DNA from: Marsupella aquatica
Lineage: Eukaryota; Plantae; Marchantiophyta
Assembly (NCBI GenBank): GCA_973895155.1
Contig: OZ316896.1
Span: forward strand, 19,580,754 to 19,644,753
Direction of reading: 5' to 3'
DNA: 64,000 nt
Shown here: positions 1 through 21,593 of the stretch, piece after piece
Numbering within the stretch: position 1 is the stretch's first letter
How the letters are laid out: each line of letters starts with the position of its first letter
Position numbers and translations under genes: made by a program
The notes under the pieces: model-generated
What the model saw: the letters and a program-made list of their open reading frames with translations, nothing else
Told to the model about the DNA's origin: nothing
The model's database searches: none

Positions 1-3000
1 CCAACCCACCCCTTGGTGAACTGATCCAAGGGTGGTCAAAGTCACCTTGAGGAGACTTGGGCCGTCCAATCGCAAAATTGGGTCCGATGACAACCATTGA
101 ATATGAATGAGCTAACCTTGGTAAATTTTCTTATCTTGCAAACAAAAACAATGGCATTGTGATAAATAAATAAAAATCAATGGCAAGGTATGTATTATGC
201 CAAAAAGAGCACTTGGCAATGGGAGTGGCAATCTAGGAAATCCCAATATTTTTTTTGGTGGTGATGGTCAACACTTAGAAGCTCACCAACCTCATGAACT
301 TCCCTTTAGAAGTAACAAGTATGAATGCCAACTCTTTGAATTTTAATAGTGACAAAAATCATCATACATGATCATCATTTTGATATAACATCTCATGGTT
401 CTTTACATCCACATACTTTGGGTGGGGCCCTAGAGACACACTCTAGAGGCTTTACTCTAGAAGCTTAGACTCAACTTTAGCTTCTCATGACTATTTATTA
501 GTAAGATGTGGGTTTGGGATTGACACGAGAAAGTGTAGCTCAAGAACCAAAAAGTATCCATCCATGGTGAATGAAATATTACAGGAAAGCATTTTCACAA
601 TCATGAGATAAGATCTGAAACAAATGAAGGTGCCCTAAGGTTGTTAGCCATAATTTTGTTGTCTCAAGTTTATTTTTGCTGAGATTTTGTATATTATTAC
701 GTACCTAGCTTGGGAACTTGCTTACTATATTAGTCTGAGTACCCCTTGGTTATGTAAGCTTGATGTAAAATCAACTAATTGTAATATGAAATGTTCCACT
801 ATTTTTGAGACTATTTTTGCATTTGTTGTGAGTCCATTCATTTGCCTGCCATTTTCAGTATGAAATAACAAAAAAAGCAAGAAGGCCCAAAAGAAACAGT
901 AAGGAGGGGGGCACAGGGGTCAATGGCAAGGTGCTGGGAAAGGGGCAGACCTCACAATGGAGGGCAGCATTGCATGGCCAGGGTGCAGCAAGTGGGAGCC
1001 AGGGGGGAGTGCCGGGAGGGAGGGCAAATGAGAAAAAGAGGAGAAATGGTGTACAAGGGGGAAGGGACAGGAAAATGGGGAACTTAAAAAACCCCAAAAC
1101 CATTATCATTGTGTTGCACAATGGCATCTTTTACTGTTGACCATTTTCTCAAGCGATGACATCTTTCTAGCAAACACAATCATTAACAATCATTTACGTC
1201 CTTGGGAGATACTTTGGCACCATGATATTTTCTCAACAACATCTAAAGCCCATGCCAACATCATATTTTATGCATTGACATATTTTGCGTGCCTATATCT
1301 TTTACTGAATGACATTATTTAACAACATGTTTTGTGCAACTACATCTTAGTTTAGCATAATGACATCTTCTATGCAACGCATGGGGGTTGAACTCATTGA
1401 CGATAAAGAGTTGATTATTCGTGGTCCAGGTCCATCAAAAACATTCATTGATACCTCTACATCCATATAGTCCATGCAGAATGGTTTCTTACACCCCCTT
1501 GTATTCATGTGTCAATAGCAATTGAAGGGTTTCTTATGGTCTCTTGTTACTCTTTTGTCCATGATTTCTTGTGTTACCTTAGTAATATTACAATAACTGG
1601 AGAGTTTCTTTCTAACCCATGGTTATTTCAAAAATTTGTCAGTTAAATAAATTACTCAAACTATTTATTGGAAAACACTGAAACATCAATCACAACCCAC
1701 TAAAAGGTTATTTTCTTTTACCATTTTCCCACTTTCTTTGTTTATTTGAAATGTTGCTTTTTGTTTTCCCATGACGTTTACATTTAGGGGGTCTAATGAT
1801 TTTCCTTTGCCTAGCCTCAAGCACAAATAGTCAGGGTTGGTTCTTCCTACATAACTAATTGTCCTTGTTTGTGACAAATGGTGTTGATTAGGCCTAGTTG
1901 GAAAGAACTTTCCATGGGGTCCCTAAGAAATTTGAAGGACGATGGATTTCCTAGTACTTTCCATAAACATATGAAGCTGCCTCTAGAAAGGTTTTCAGAC
2001 TTAACTTTGTAGTCTCAACTGAGTCCATTTGGGAATCCATTTAGGCTGAGAGTTTGTATGTTGCTATATAACTAGCTTAGGAACCCACTCACTAAACAAA
2101 CTTGAAGAAGTGGTTTCCTAAAATTTTCCAATGACCCTTATCCCTGCCTTCATCAAACCAATTTCATTTACAAAGCATAAATAGAAGCTAGAGTTGAGAT
2201 CTAGACTTCTAGAGTGAAACCTCTAGACCATAACTTTTAGACAAAGACACAACTAATAAAGACAAAAGTGAATACCAAACACAATGATGAGGCAAGGGAA
2301 GGCATTTGTTTTTGTCTTATCCCTAATTATATTCAAAGAATGGCCCTTCAGGCTTGTGAAATGAAAGTAAAAAATATATTGTAGATGAGGATCATGAGCA
2401 ATCAGTTGTTGTTGCTTATGAAAAGCTCCTTTGGATAAGCCACTATGTGACAATGATGATATTGGAAGATTGTCCTTTGGCAAAGAGCTGTTCAAGAATC
2501 CAATAGAGCTCACTTCTAATACATAGTTTGCTATGTCCTCAAATGAGTGGCAGGACAAAATAGTGTACTCTTGACTAAGTTAGGAGCATTATTGACTAAT
2601 TATGTAAACCTGGATCCACCTAGTTTTGCTTTGACGACAATGATGGTCTAACTACAGTAGTATTAGTTTACTTACAAGCATGAAAGCATATATAAACACT
2701 GGGTCCATAAAGTATTGTCTACAAAAGCTCTTCTTTGATAACCAGTGGTAAATTAATTTTACAAGTCTTTACATTTTAATCATGACTTGCAAGTAATCAT
2801 ACAACAATTGATCCGTTTCGCACAAATATACTTGCAAGGACCCATTTTTGATGCCGACTCAGGTGCACTGCCAGCCCAAGTTAGTGGCGGTACATTTTGT
2901 GGGAACCTCAAAATTTTGACCTGAGATCTAGCTGAGAGTATTCCGTGGGAGATGCCCTACTGGCAAACCTCCATGGAGCACTTTAGTCTGAGATGCCCTA

Positions 3001-5030
3001 TTGCTTTGAGACACGCTTAGATTTTTCAGATCGAAAACAACATTTTGCAATTTATTAGCTTTCTACGCGATCGTTTGGATAAATGGCGATAGGTCCGTGG
3101 CAATGGGGACTCAACAGTCGCCTTGCGACCGTCGACGGCGTGCCTCGGTGGTTTGTTCTTGTCGCGTTCAAGTCGCGACAATTAATAAGGCCAGGAGGGC
3201 AGACGTTGGGGAGAGGGCAGGGCAGGGCACGGCCAGGCGTAGGGTGGGGGTGGCCGGCGGGACGCCAGGTTGGGCCCGCTGGCCCGCCCTCGCTTTACCT
3301 CTGGGTTCCTCCTCGTCCTGCCAAGTCCAACGAGGCGGAGGAGGCCGAGGCCAAGGAACGCGAGGGACCGAAGTACCGGTTCTCTTTTTTCGTTCGCGTG
3401 TGCCGTCGTCTCTATTTTCGGACCTCCGCGGAGGGACGAGGCGAGGCCAGGCCAGGCCCGGCTGGACGGGGGTCGAGGAGGGAGGCCGCTCGGGTCGGGC
3501 ACTCGACGAGGCTGTCTTGTCTGGTGGGGTGTGGATCGTTTGTTGCGAAATTGCTTTGTTGATGATTCTGGTGTGGTGGTGGTGGGGGTGGAGGAGTATA
3601 TGGTTCGGTGAGGCTGCCGTCGTGTGCTGGGGTTTGCATCGTCGATCGGGGTGACTAACCTTGTTGTTACCAACGTAGGGGAGTAATAGAAGTAGGAGTA
3701 TATTTTGCGTGTGGGAGGGGGAGGGGGGGGGAGAGGTGATGCGGGGAGGGCAAGGAGCGAGAATTGTTGTGCTGCCGCCATCGCTGGAGCTGGTGGTGGT
3801 GCTTGGGAGAGTTGTAGAGTAGTCGAGGAGGAGGGCGAGGGCGAGGGAGGGGGAGGAGGAGCAACTCGGCGGAGCGTTGCATAATAGCGAGAAGGGAGCT
3901 TCACTTCTTGGCACGGCTGCGCGGCCGGGAGAGCGGGCGGACGAGAGGGCGGAAGCGGAGGGAGGCGGGCACGCATAGGACGAGGGAGGGGATAGACCGG
4001 GAGCGAGGAGTTGAGAAGAGGTGAGAGGGGAAGACTCGGTCGGTGAGGTTGTGTGGGAAGGGGACAAGTCGTGTGTGAGGAACGAAGGGGGGAAGGGAGA
4101 GGACGCAGAAGGAAGGAAAGGAAAGGAAGGGAGGAAGAGGAGAGGAGAGCGATGGAGGAGGGCTGGTGGTGAACAACGAAGTTGGAGAGTTGAGAGGAGG
4201 CGCAACAGGGAAGGAGGGGTGGGAGATTGGAAGGGGAGGGGCTTCGGGACGGACGGACGGACGGACGGACGGACAAGGTCACAAGGAGGAGGGAGAAGAG
4301 ATGGTGGAGGAGAGAGGGGAAGACCGATGAACGACCTAGAGAGAGGGGGTGACAGGGATGAGATCTTGGAGAGGACGGGACATCGAGACCGGAGGGTAAC
4401 TCGAAAGGTAAACTCGAAAGGCAACTCTAAGGGGAGATCGGGGTGTTCGGGGTGTTTAGGATACATGTGTCTGCGTGTCGGCCGTCGAAGGAGCAAGAAA
4501 GTCACGGCGAGTTGGGAATAAGTGACCCCTAACGTTGTCCGCCTTTTCTGTACAGCCACCTCCTCCTTTTTTCTCTCCTTCTTGTTGTTTCCCGTCTAGT
4601 TTGTTTTTGCCACATCCGAAACTAGTAGGAATCGAGCGGCGAAAACTGACATCTCCGTGTTGCAAATCTGTTGGAAAAGATGGTGGCCGTGCCATGATGA
4701 TCACTCTCCTGCGGAAGCCTTCCCCGGGGACATTGGAACAAAGCGGATGGTTGGCGATGTCTTGAGGCGAGTCATCGATCAGTAGTTTGTACGGTTAACA
4801 AATGATATTAGGCGTTCTAGGGCTTGGAGAAGCGGGACGTTTGGGGAGCCACTGAGATCTTTCTCCCGAGCAGATTTTTATCGGACAGGAAGGCGTGGGG
4901 GGCCAATCTGTTGCATATGATAGTGTAGTTTTGGATCTTTGCGCGAAGGACTTCACCATACCTTCTCAACGGGGGTCTGGGAACAAATCTACTGTACACC
5001 GGCAGGGGACGAACTTGATATCGTTTCAAA

Positions 5031-12939
<7,909 letters not shown>

Positions 12940-15900
12940 ATGGTTTGTGTTTACCGTGTGGTCTTTTACTCCCACGCACTAGACAAAGAATCAAGTAGCC
13001 GCATGTCATTGTATTGCCTCCAAAGGGGCATCATATGAAATGTCTGGAACTAGGAAGCATTTTCTTCTAGGGACCATTTGATACCATGTCTATGGAAGTC
13101 GAATTGCCTTTTGCTTTGGTATCTCCTTTCAAAGCGTAATATTCGTAAGCCAATTGATTTGACATTCAAAAGGTCTGAAATTGGGATTCCTTGCTCTGCG
13201 ATGCTACCATGTGGTCCACAAACAGACCGAGTTTCCCATGGCAGTAGAGTTGGGTAACACTGTAATTGTCTCCAAGGCAAGGCACCTGCTCATTGTTGGG
13301 CCCTTCCGTGCTGCAGGGTCGTGACATATATGGTGGAAACTCTGGCAGGAACCCTAGTTCCTCCCGGACGTCAAAAGATTGAGCTGCATGGTCAAGGGAG
13401 CTGGCCAATGTTCTGGTTTGGTCATTTGGCCCCCCAAAAATCCCATCTTGCTTATATTTCTGAATTTTGAGTTGTATTGGTGATATGATCACAGAGGAGG
13501 GAGAAAGGAAGGGTAGGTTACATGCTTCCTCAATCCCAATTAAGATAGCACAGTGAAGCAGGTGGGTGGCTTTTTAATACCTCTACCTTGAACCTGGCTA
13601 GCCAACCTTGAAGTCAGAACTGTCTGGCCAAGCCTTCTTCCTGATTATCAAACTATTCAAAGACCAATGCAAGCTCAGCCACCTAACTCTACCACTTATC
13701 CACGGACAGTCTGGATAGGTGCCTGACAGCTTGTTGCAGGAAGGCTCCTTTCATCGCTTCCCTGAAAACCTGAAAGAGAATTAGTTTTGTGTTGGCTAGT
13801 TTCTGCACTGCCCTACTTGCAGTGCCAAGAAGGTAGTGATATTCCGTGTACATTTCAATCTGTCTGTGAAGTCAAATGGCTGTCACGTACAGGTTACGTT
13901 AAAGATTCTAAGGTTTTTTAACTGTTATAGATGCCCTGCTAGTGGTACTGTGTATAAGAAGTGGCCTCCACATTCAATGGTTTTGATTAGTAGCTAGTAG
14001 GTGTGAAGACTGGAAATCAGTCTATCCTACAACGTGCCTTCTGACGCACCGGTGTACTCTATCTGCAAATGGAAGTACTCTTGATTTTTTGGGTCTTACA
14101 CCACATGCCATGTATCATCCTTTCTGCTATGCTAGCGTGAATCAGATCAGGATGTAGTTGTCTCTCCCATTAAATTTGGCGTATCTGGAGGTCCCTGCAC
14201 TGTTTTCCTGATTTCTCTCGTGAGCTTCGTGGGATGGCATGTTCACAATGGCACATTGATGTCAGGCAATGTCGCGTGTGTTGTAAGATTCTATGACCGC
14301 ATTTCATGGTAGGTCGAATTTCCACACCCTCCTTCTCATATGACCTGATCATGACTGCATACAGATATGGACTCTGAACTGCGATATTAGAGGATAGATT
14401 GTAACACTACAGGACATTTTTCGTGCAAACCCCGGAATCTTGTCATATGTAATCCCTGCAATTGAATGAATGAATGAATTTTTCTGACATTTTAGGTTTT
14501 CAGTGAGGTTTCATACCTATAATTACTTGAAACGAATGGTATTTTACTTGATATAAATTTAGTGTATTGCGTCCCTTTTGAAGAAGGATCACTTGTCTCA
14601 TGTTGGCTCTATCTATACTCCCCCTCCCGCTGCCCATTCAATTTTTGCCGCAAGGAGAATATTCGTGGGGTGGCTAGTTCCTAACACATCAGGTGCTCGG
14701 TTTACTTTCATGAGGAATTGGCCCACGATCTTGGGAGTTCTTACACAGGTATTTTATTTTATTCAAAGCAAAGGTGATCAAGTTCGAGATTTCCGTACCA
14801 ATGTCTGCTTGAATGTGGCTTTGCCGCCATTCTGCTTTTTCGATCACTTCACACATCTGAGGAGGAAATGTATTCTTGACAACAGTTTCTCAATACACAA
14901 AACAGCGGATGTTGTGCAACATTCTGTAGTCATATATGCTCGTCGTTTCCAAAAGAGAAGTGACTGCATCAAGGCAATCTGTCCTGCGTGAAGTTGGTCG
15001 AGGAGCGCATGATAACCTCGTGGTGGGAGGCCATGAGAAAGTGTTCTGATTTGCAGCTTCTTGCGATACTAGGGACGAAAACTTGGGAGGTGAGAAGAGT
15101 ATAAAATTCCAAGGTTGTACTGTCCAAGGTTCCCAATCGCATTGAAGTAGTGGTCTTGGCCTCAGATCGAAGATTAAACTATGGAGGTTAGGTTGTAGGA
15201 CTTACTTCGAGCAGCTCTCACTGGGCCTTGGCAGGTGGTGTCGTCACTCCATCTGCTTCCAGGTACCCACCATTTCTTGGGAGAAAACGGTAATGTTCTG
15301 AGTAATCCACTTGTCTGTATAACGAACGCCCACACAGAACTCCAACCATCTTTTTGTCAACAAGACTTATCTTGAAACCTCTCGAAGTCTCATCAACAGA
15401 AGTGGAACCTCGGGACTCAAAACTCGATCTTTGTGAGTGCCTGTGAGTGCCCATGATCCGTGGAGAAGAGGTCTCAGCTATCCGAAAAAGTTAGAAAGTC
15501 GCTTCAACGAACATACGCTGTGAGGTTAAACGCCCTGGAAGCCCCTGGACGAGGAATTTCACAGGGATTGCCCTTACCACTCCCAACCTTTCCCACCATG
15601 AGTCTTTCCCTGCCAAATTGTATTAACGTTTGTAGACTGGCACATAATTAAAACTCTGAACTCATACAATTCCCCCTTTATATCTGGCTTTGTCCCCCTG
15701 ACCCAAGCTAAATCCCACTGTCCTCAGGGAGAGCCACCGGCTCCAAATATGGACTTTATCCCACTTGTACACCCGCAAGCTGGTGCTAAGGCTCTGACGA
15801 CTTGATCTACTTCAACTCGAAAAAGCCCCTCTGGGAAAATGTATCCTTAAAATAGCACAAGTGAAGTTCCCTCATCGTCGGCAACGATTGGGAACATTCT

Positions 15901-16159
15901 TCTTGGGAGGGGCTGGGGAGAGGGCTGGGGAGAGGGTTGGATGCTACCAGAGAATGGACTTGGGAGGTGCTTAACTAAGGACAAAGAGTGCCCAAATCAT
16001 AATTAATCTGGACCTCCAAGACTAAATTTGCATGCCCCTACTACCCAACCAAAGACAGAAACACCACAAAAACTATTTTTTGTAGGTTTTCTAATTGTGC
16101 ATATCATACTACGTCTGTCTGTATCATTGGACCCGATGGGCCTGAGTTGTGATTCTGAC

Positions 16160-16480
16160 ACTACCCCCATCCAGCTTAAATGAACCAGTTATGTAAGTCT
16201 TACACTATATCCAACTTAAATGAAAGAGTTATGTGATAATTGCACTACCCCCATCCAGCTTAAATGAACCAGTTATGTAAGTCTTACACTATATCCAACT
16301 TAAATGAAAGAGTTATGTGATAATTGCACTACCCCCATCCAGCTTAAATGAACCAGTTATGCAAGTCTTACACTATATCCAACTTAAATGAATGAGTTAT
16401 GTGATAATTGCACTACCCCCATCCAGCTTAATGAATGGATTATGTAATTCTTACACTACAGCCATCTTAGCTTAAATGAA
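16160..16480. repeat. Tandem minisatellite, 84-bp unit built from two ~42-bp subunits, about 3.7 copies
   Basis: CTACCCCCATCCAGCTTAAATGAACCAGTTATG...CACTATATCCAACTTAAATGAA recurs with 84-bp spacing. Confidence 0.9.
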
Positions 16481-18411
16481 AAGAATCACCAAACTTGTTC
16501 ACCTATCAGGTCCCTGATAATTATCTCGAACCAGGTTTTACTAGGTAGTCATCTTTGACTAATAAGATTTCAGTGAAAACATTATGGCCGTATGATCAGG
16601 GTCTTGGTCAATATAATTTAGAAAGTAATTGAGTATTATGCTCTCGGAGGTTTTACAAGATGGAGGAGGTTCTGTGAGACACCCCAAGGAATGGCCAGGT
16701 GGCATATGAAGGCTCTAGAGACATCCTGAGAGGACCATGCATATGATGGAAAACTGGGGCAAGTCTGGAAAATGTGGAGGAGTCATGCACAGAACAAGGG
16801 GGAAACTTGAGCCTCTGCCCCTTGCAACCGGATCCGTAAAGATGTATGAACCGAGGTTTTTGGATGAAGGACTTGGTAAAAAACTGATGCGTGCAAAGTA
16901 GTTGGTAGGATTTGATTAAAAATTGTATTTTGGCAAGTGAAAACCAAATATACTCATTTCTTCTGTGAGTTTGATCCCAGTTGCGTCCCTCTACATTTAT
17001 GTGATTCATCATGGGTGGCTTTATGGAAGTAGAAGTACTATTTACCGCCAAGTTACCTGATAAGCAATTGACAACCTAACGGACCTATTTGTAAAGTTTG
17101 AAGGTTTTTCTGCCCAGCTTTATTGGAATTTCTGAGAAAGAGCTATCTAAAAAGACTCTTAACCATGTATGAGTGATACAACCTTTTCTCAAACACCCTA
17201 TTCAACAATGAGGGAGCAGCACAAAGAAATTTTAAGTCCCACCAAAAATTTGAAAGTTCTCACCTCCACAATTGGACCAGAATGCTTTTCCAGTATTTTT
17301 AGCTTAGTGTTCTTCTTGAGATACCACGGGTGATCAACCCAGACTGTTCACTTCCATTAGTGTTGCTCAAGCTAATTCTTGTGAAAAACTTGAGGGCTCT
17401 ACTCATGAATTAGAGTTATTAGCAGCAATTCTCTGTGCACGAGTTAGTGTTGCTTAACACAATTTGGGCTTGAATGTCTGCACCTATATTGACTGCTAAG
17501 AAGGGGCAATCATGCTAGTGTTAATAGCATGAATTTGACAAAGCCAGCAATTACTACAACATGACATGCTGGGGCAGTGAATGTGCATTAGGGGGTGGGG
17601 GGAAGAGGAAAAGGGAAAGACTTCAAGACACCAAGAGCCTAGGAGTCCCCAACAACCACAAAACCCCACTAGGTAGCAGAGGAAAGTAAAACCCTACCAG
17701 GCAGAAAACTGAAAAGCCTGGGAGAGCCGCATTAAATTTGAAGGGCAAGACCAGGGCCACCCAGAGACTGTAGCTGTGGCTGCCTTCTCAGGATGTGCAT
17801 AATCCACGTCAGGAATGGCCAGGAGAGGGGGCGGGGGGATTCAATTGGTTGGTCAAGAAAAAGCACTCTTTCAAAAACCTCTCTACCAGAAGCACAAACA
17901 TGAAAGCTCTGAATCATACGCCGAGTACTGTAAATGTCAAATTCGCCCCAGTTTGGCCATCTGAACCGAATTGGCTCGAAGAATTACAATATTCATCACT
18001 GTCTGTTTGCAGGCTTGAACCGAATTGGCTCGAAGAATTACAATATTCATCACTGTCTGTTTGCAGGCTTGAGGAGGGATGTGGTGAGGGCTCTCGTGTG
18101 GTAGCAGATGCTTCTCTGCCTTGGTTGGCCGGTTTCGAGGTAACTCAGGACAGGAAATGCAATTGTTTCCTACGGGAATGATGGTAGACAGTGATTGAGC
18201 TGGGCCTTCAGGGAGGGAAAGCAGATTTGGAGCTCCGAAGTTTGTGGGTAAGCTATGGCTTCTGCCACTGCTGCCAAAGTTCCAGCACTGGGCGAGGTGC
18301 ATTGAGTATAGGAGTTGCAATTCTTTCCTACAGGACTGGTGGTGGACAGGGATTAAGCTGGGCCTTCAGAGCGGGGAACTGTTTTGGAGCTTCGAGGTTG
18401 GTGGGTGAGCT

Positions 18412-20346
18412 ATGGCTGTTGCCAATTTTGGTTCAGGCACGATGATCTTTGTCGCAAATTCATTCTGTGGGAATTGCAGCTCCTCGCTTAGCCAGAAGAA
18501 CAGGATCGTTTCCAATCTGCTGCTGCTGGGAAGAGGATCGACATGGATGGGGAGCAACTTGCACGCATCATCGTCATCGTCAAGCAGAGTCACAAGGAGT
18601 GAAGCCAGGAGCTCCGATGGAGCTGAGCAGGAGCAAAATGCGGCCCTCTTCTCTCGCCGGTGGGCAACGATCGCCCTTCCTGCAGTAGTGGCTACTCTGA
18701 GGAGCAGCATTGCATTGTCAAACGGCGGGGCGATGGCAGAAGCTGTGTCCATTGCAGAGACAGATGTGGAGAATGGGAGAGGGAGAGTTGCAGAAGATGC
18801 TGCCATTGAGGGGAGAGATGTTGAAAATGGGGCAGGGGGAGGCAGAGTGGAGCTGCGGACACTGAATGGGTGTGGATTGGGGGTCGCCAGGTATCCGGAC
18901 TTTGTGTACAATGCTGAGGGCGGTGGGGGCTTTGGCAAAGCGCAGCAGCTTGCTGACGGAAGAACCCACGTGCAATTTGATGCGGAGGGACTGTACATTC
19001 CTGCAGTTTGCTTTGACACGACCACCATTTTGGGATTGCCTCTCCCACCCGGCCTGAAGATCCAGGTGGTGCCCAGGACTCTTGAAGGTTATGTGGAACA
19101 GGCCACCGGCAAGGTGTGTTTAGGCCTGCTACTCTCTACCCAATTCCCTCCCTTTCACTTTGACGACGATTGATCTGCGGTGGTTATGGTCGACTTACTC
19201 TGCCATTCCGTTCAATTCGCTTCTCTGCAATTCAGTTCAATTCAGTTCAATTCAGTTCTATTCAGTTCTCTCACATTCAGTTCCCTGCAATTCAGTTCAA
19301 TGCTCCTCAATTCAGTTCGATTGCTGACTTTTTCTTGAATTTTATATTTTTGGCTTCGTGGAAAAATCGATTCAACCTAGAAAACTAACTCGTTTACTTG
19401 CTGTGTAATCTCATTCCGCCGTGCTTATTTTGAAACAAGTCAGTCAATCTAGAAGAGCACTGTAATCTTTTCGTCAATCTTTTCGTTGCACTGTAATCGA
19501 ATTCCACCGTTCGTTTTGATACAAGTCAGTCAGATGTGCTGAAATGTGCATTTAAAAGGCAATCTGTTATCTTTCCCTAAGAACCCTTCAGTTGTATTCT
19601 CTGAAAGTACTTGTCAACCGTTTATTCAATTGTTTTGAATCCCATTCATCATCTAGCCATCCCGCATCTCAGGAGTTGCGGAGAACCGAGCTTGTTTCTC
19701 TTAGTGCTCCCGTCTTACCTCTTCTACTATTCAAATGCACAGAAGTATTTGTGTAACGCACTTTCCTTCCCTTCACTCCCATGCGTGCATCTGTATTTAG
19801 GCATCTCTGCTGGACAAATACACTCCCACACTTCGGTTAGTCTTTCACCCCTTTCATTTTGCTCTGGATCTTCCAAATCATTACCTTCTCGTGCTGTAGT
19901 GTTATTTGTCTCCAGAACCAATTCACAGATGTAGGCGTGAATTCTTCACGTGAGTTGAACCAGAGAAGTCTAGCAACCAGTGCATCTCGTGCTATAGTGT
20001 TATTTGTCTCCAGAGCCAATTCACTGATGTAGGCGTGAATTCTTCAAGTGAGTTGAATACAGTAACTGTCTGCTCGCAGGTGGAGCTCAATTTCTTGGCA
20101 AACTTCTTCTTCACAGCAGGTTCGTTGTATGCTCCACCTCCGCTCGTGGTCGACACTAAACTGACTACGGAGAGCGCCCAAGGACAGTTCCGAGGAGGGA
20201 AAGGTCAGCGGCTTGACTCCTCTGGAAACGTGAAGTTAGTTGGAGTTGCAAGACTTGCTCCCGTGAATGACCGGTTTCTTAACACATTCTTAACGCTTCC
20301 AACAGACTGCTTGGCAGAACTGTCAGCAAACCTCTCCTTTTCATGA
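18412..20346 (+). CDS. Conserved uncharacterised plant protein, probably plastid-targeted, 2 exons
   Basis: Exon 18412-19113 (AAG|GTGTGT) joins exon 20080-20346 (TCGCAG|) in frame. Ser/Arg-rich N-terminus resembles a transit peptide. Domain YPDFVYNAEGGGG...LGLPLPPGLKI...YAPPPLVV...FLTLPTDCLAEL resembles a family I recall from plants and cyanobacteria. Confidence 0.8.
19205..19320. repeat. Degenerate (TTCAG/TTCAA)n pentamer microsatellite in an intron
   Basis: Direct reading: TTCAGTTCAATTCAGTTCAATTCAGTTC... Confidence 0.85.
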
Positions 20347-20815
20347 TCCGACTTGAAGAAAGTCAGGAATAGCGAGTAGTGTTTGGAGATTTCCCAACTT
20401 GGGATGCTCAAAAAGGCGTAAACTATCAAATAAATTCGTGAGAGACGAGTAAAGAACGGTGACAGCATCCAAGAAATACGACCTGGAACCTTGTATGCAG
20501 CTGGACGAGCTGAGTAACACGATGCGACTTCGATGGAAAATGTAATAAAACAGGCCATCACGTGTAGCCAACTAAGTTGTCTGACAATGCACCGTTTGCT
20601 CATACCAGCAGACTGCAGCTGTAGACTCAGAATCTGGATGCGGACGAGAAAGTGGGAAAACATCTTCTTGAGTCCATGTGCATAAAGGCAATCCATTTGT
20701 GCTATTAATCAATTGCACACCTTCACGATGCCGGGGCCGTCAAAACTGGCCAGTAGATCTTACAACAGAAAATATAATTTCTAAATCACTCTGCCCCCTG
20801 CTTGCCATAGTGCAC

Positions 20816-21412
20816 TCAATCAAGCTTGCCAGATCTAAACACTGCGAACTTAGATTTGGTGGAGTAGGTGAACTCAATTCCGTTCGATTCCAACAGATTA
20901 CCTAAAAGCTGCCGAACTCTTTCAGGATCAGTGTCTTCGCACTCCACTTCGTATGCAGTTCCGAAATCAAACTGAGTCTCATCCAGTTCGATCTTCAACC
21001 CCTCCCATTTGTACACATTCCGAATATTCCGAAATCCGCCCAAGCAGATAAAGTCCGTAGCTCCAAAGTTGGAGACCACCGTCTTTAACAATTGGCAGGT
21101 AGAGATTGCAATACGCTTAGGGTAAATGACATAGTCTCGTCCCCGAACAACGTCGATTTCCTCTTCCAGCTCCTCTCCTCGACTGATCCCCGATTCGATC
21201 ACCGCGTCCCCCTTGTAGGTCACAACGCACTTCTTATCTCCATCGTAGAAGCGGAGCCTTAACACCGCCTTCCTCGAGCTCAACTCCTTCTTAGCACCGT
21301 CGAAGAACACATTCTCCTGCATGTGCGTCACCTCATGATAGGGTTTCAAGAGCATTGCCACCTTTTCATGCGCCTCCGGACCTGAGAGCTTCAGCTTTAC
21401 CTCGATCTCCAT
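20816..21412 (-). CDS. TTM3: Triphosphate tunnel metalloenzyme 3 (CYTH-domain tripolyphosphatase), 198 aa, intronless CDS
   Basis: N-terminal MEIEVKL (CYTH ExExK), QENVFFDG, LRLRFY, LGGFRNIR, ELDETQFDFG..YEVECE, SKFAVFRSGKL. True ATG at 21412 in strong context (AGGATGG); the ORF-track start at 21553 is a GTG. Confidence 0.93.
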   Translation of the reverse strand: MEIEVKLKLSGPEAHEKVAMLLKPYHEVTHMQENVFFDGAKKELSSRKAVLRLRFYDGDKKCVVTYKGDAVIESGISRGEELEEEIDVVRGRDYVIYPKRIAISTCQLLKTVVSNFGATDFICLGGFRNIRNVYKWEGLKIELDETQFDFGTAYEVECEDTDPERVRQLLGNLLESNGIEFTYSTKSKFAVFRSGKLD

Positions 21413-21593
21413 CCTGAAATCCCTCTCCTCTTTTGCTTCTCCCTCAAGACCTACAGAAATTGACTGTATCCACCACGTTCCGGAACGAAGGCCTAATGTA
21501 CACAAAAACAATATTACACACCGACGGAACTCAATATGGCAGAAATGCCACACACTTCGGAAATAAATTCAGCACTGACAGAGAACATTTGAG

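Noticed and set aside
1-2900. Short ORFs in the AT-rich window start, and likewise at 62000-64000
   Set aside because: CpG-depleted, degenerate repeat-like DNA with no identifiable protein motifs.
3083-4559. Long overlapping ORFs of 463, 366, 185 and 166 aa
   Set aside because: Pro/Ser/Leu- or Gly/Arg-rich translations of a low-complexity purine-biased tract that is naturally poor in stops; no domain motifs.
14578-15454. Possible decayed minus-strand gene with splice-like signals
   Set aside because: Stops in all frames and no recognisable motif; cannot be supported without BLASTX.
21413-21553. 47-aa N-terminal extension of TTM3 in the ORF track
   Set aside because: Starts at GTG within the CDC26-TTM3 linker; the CYTH ExExK motif normally sits at the N-terminus, matching ATG 21412.
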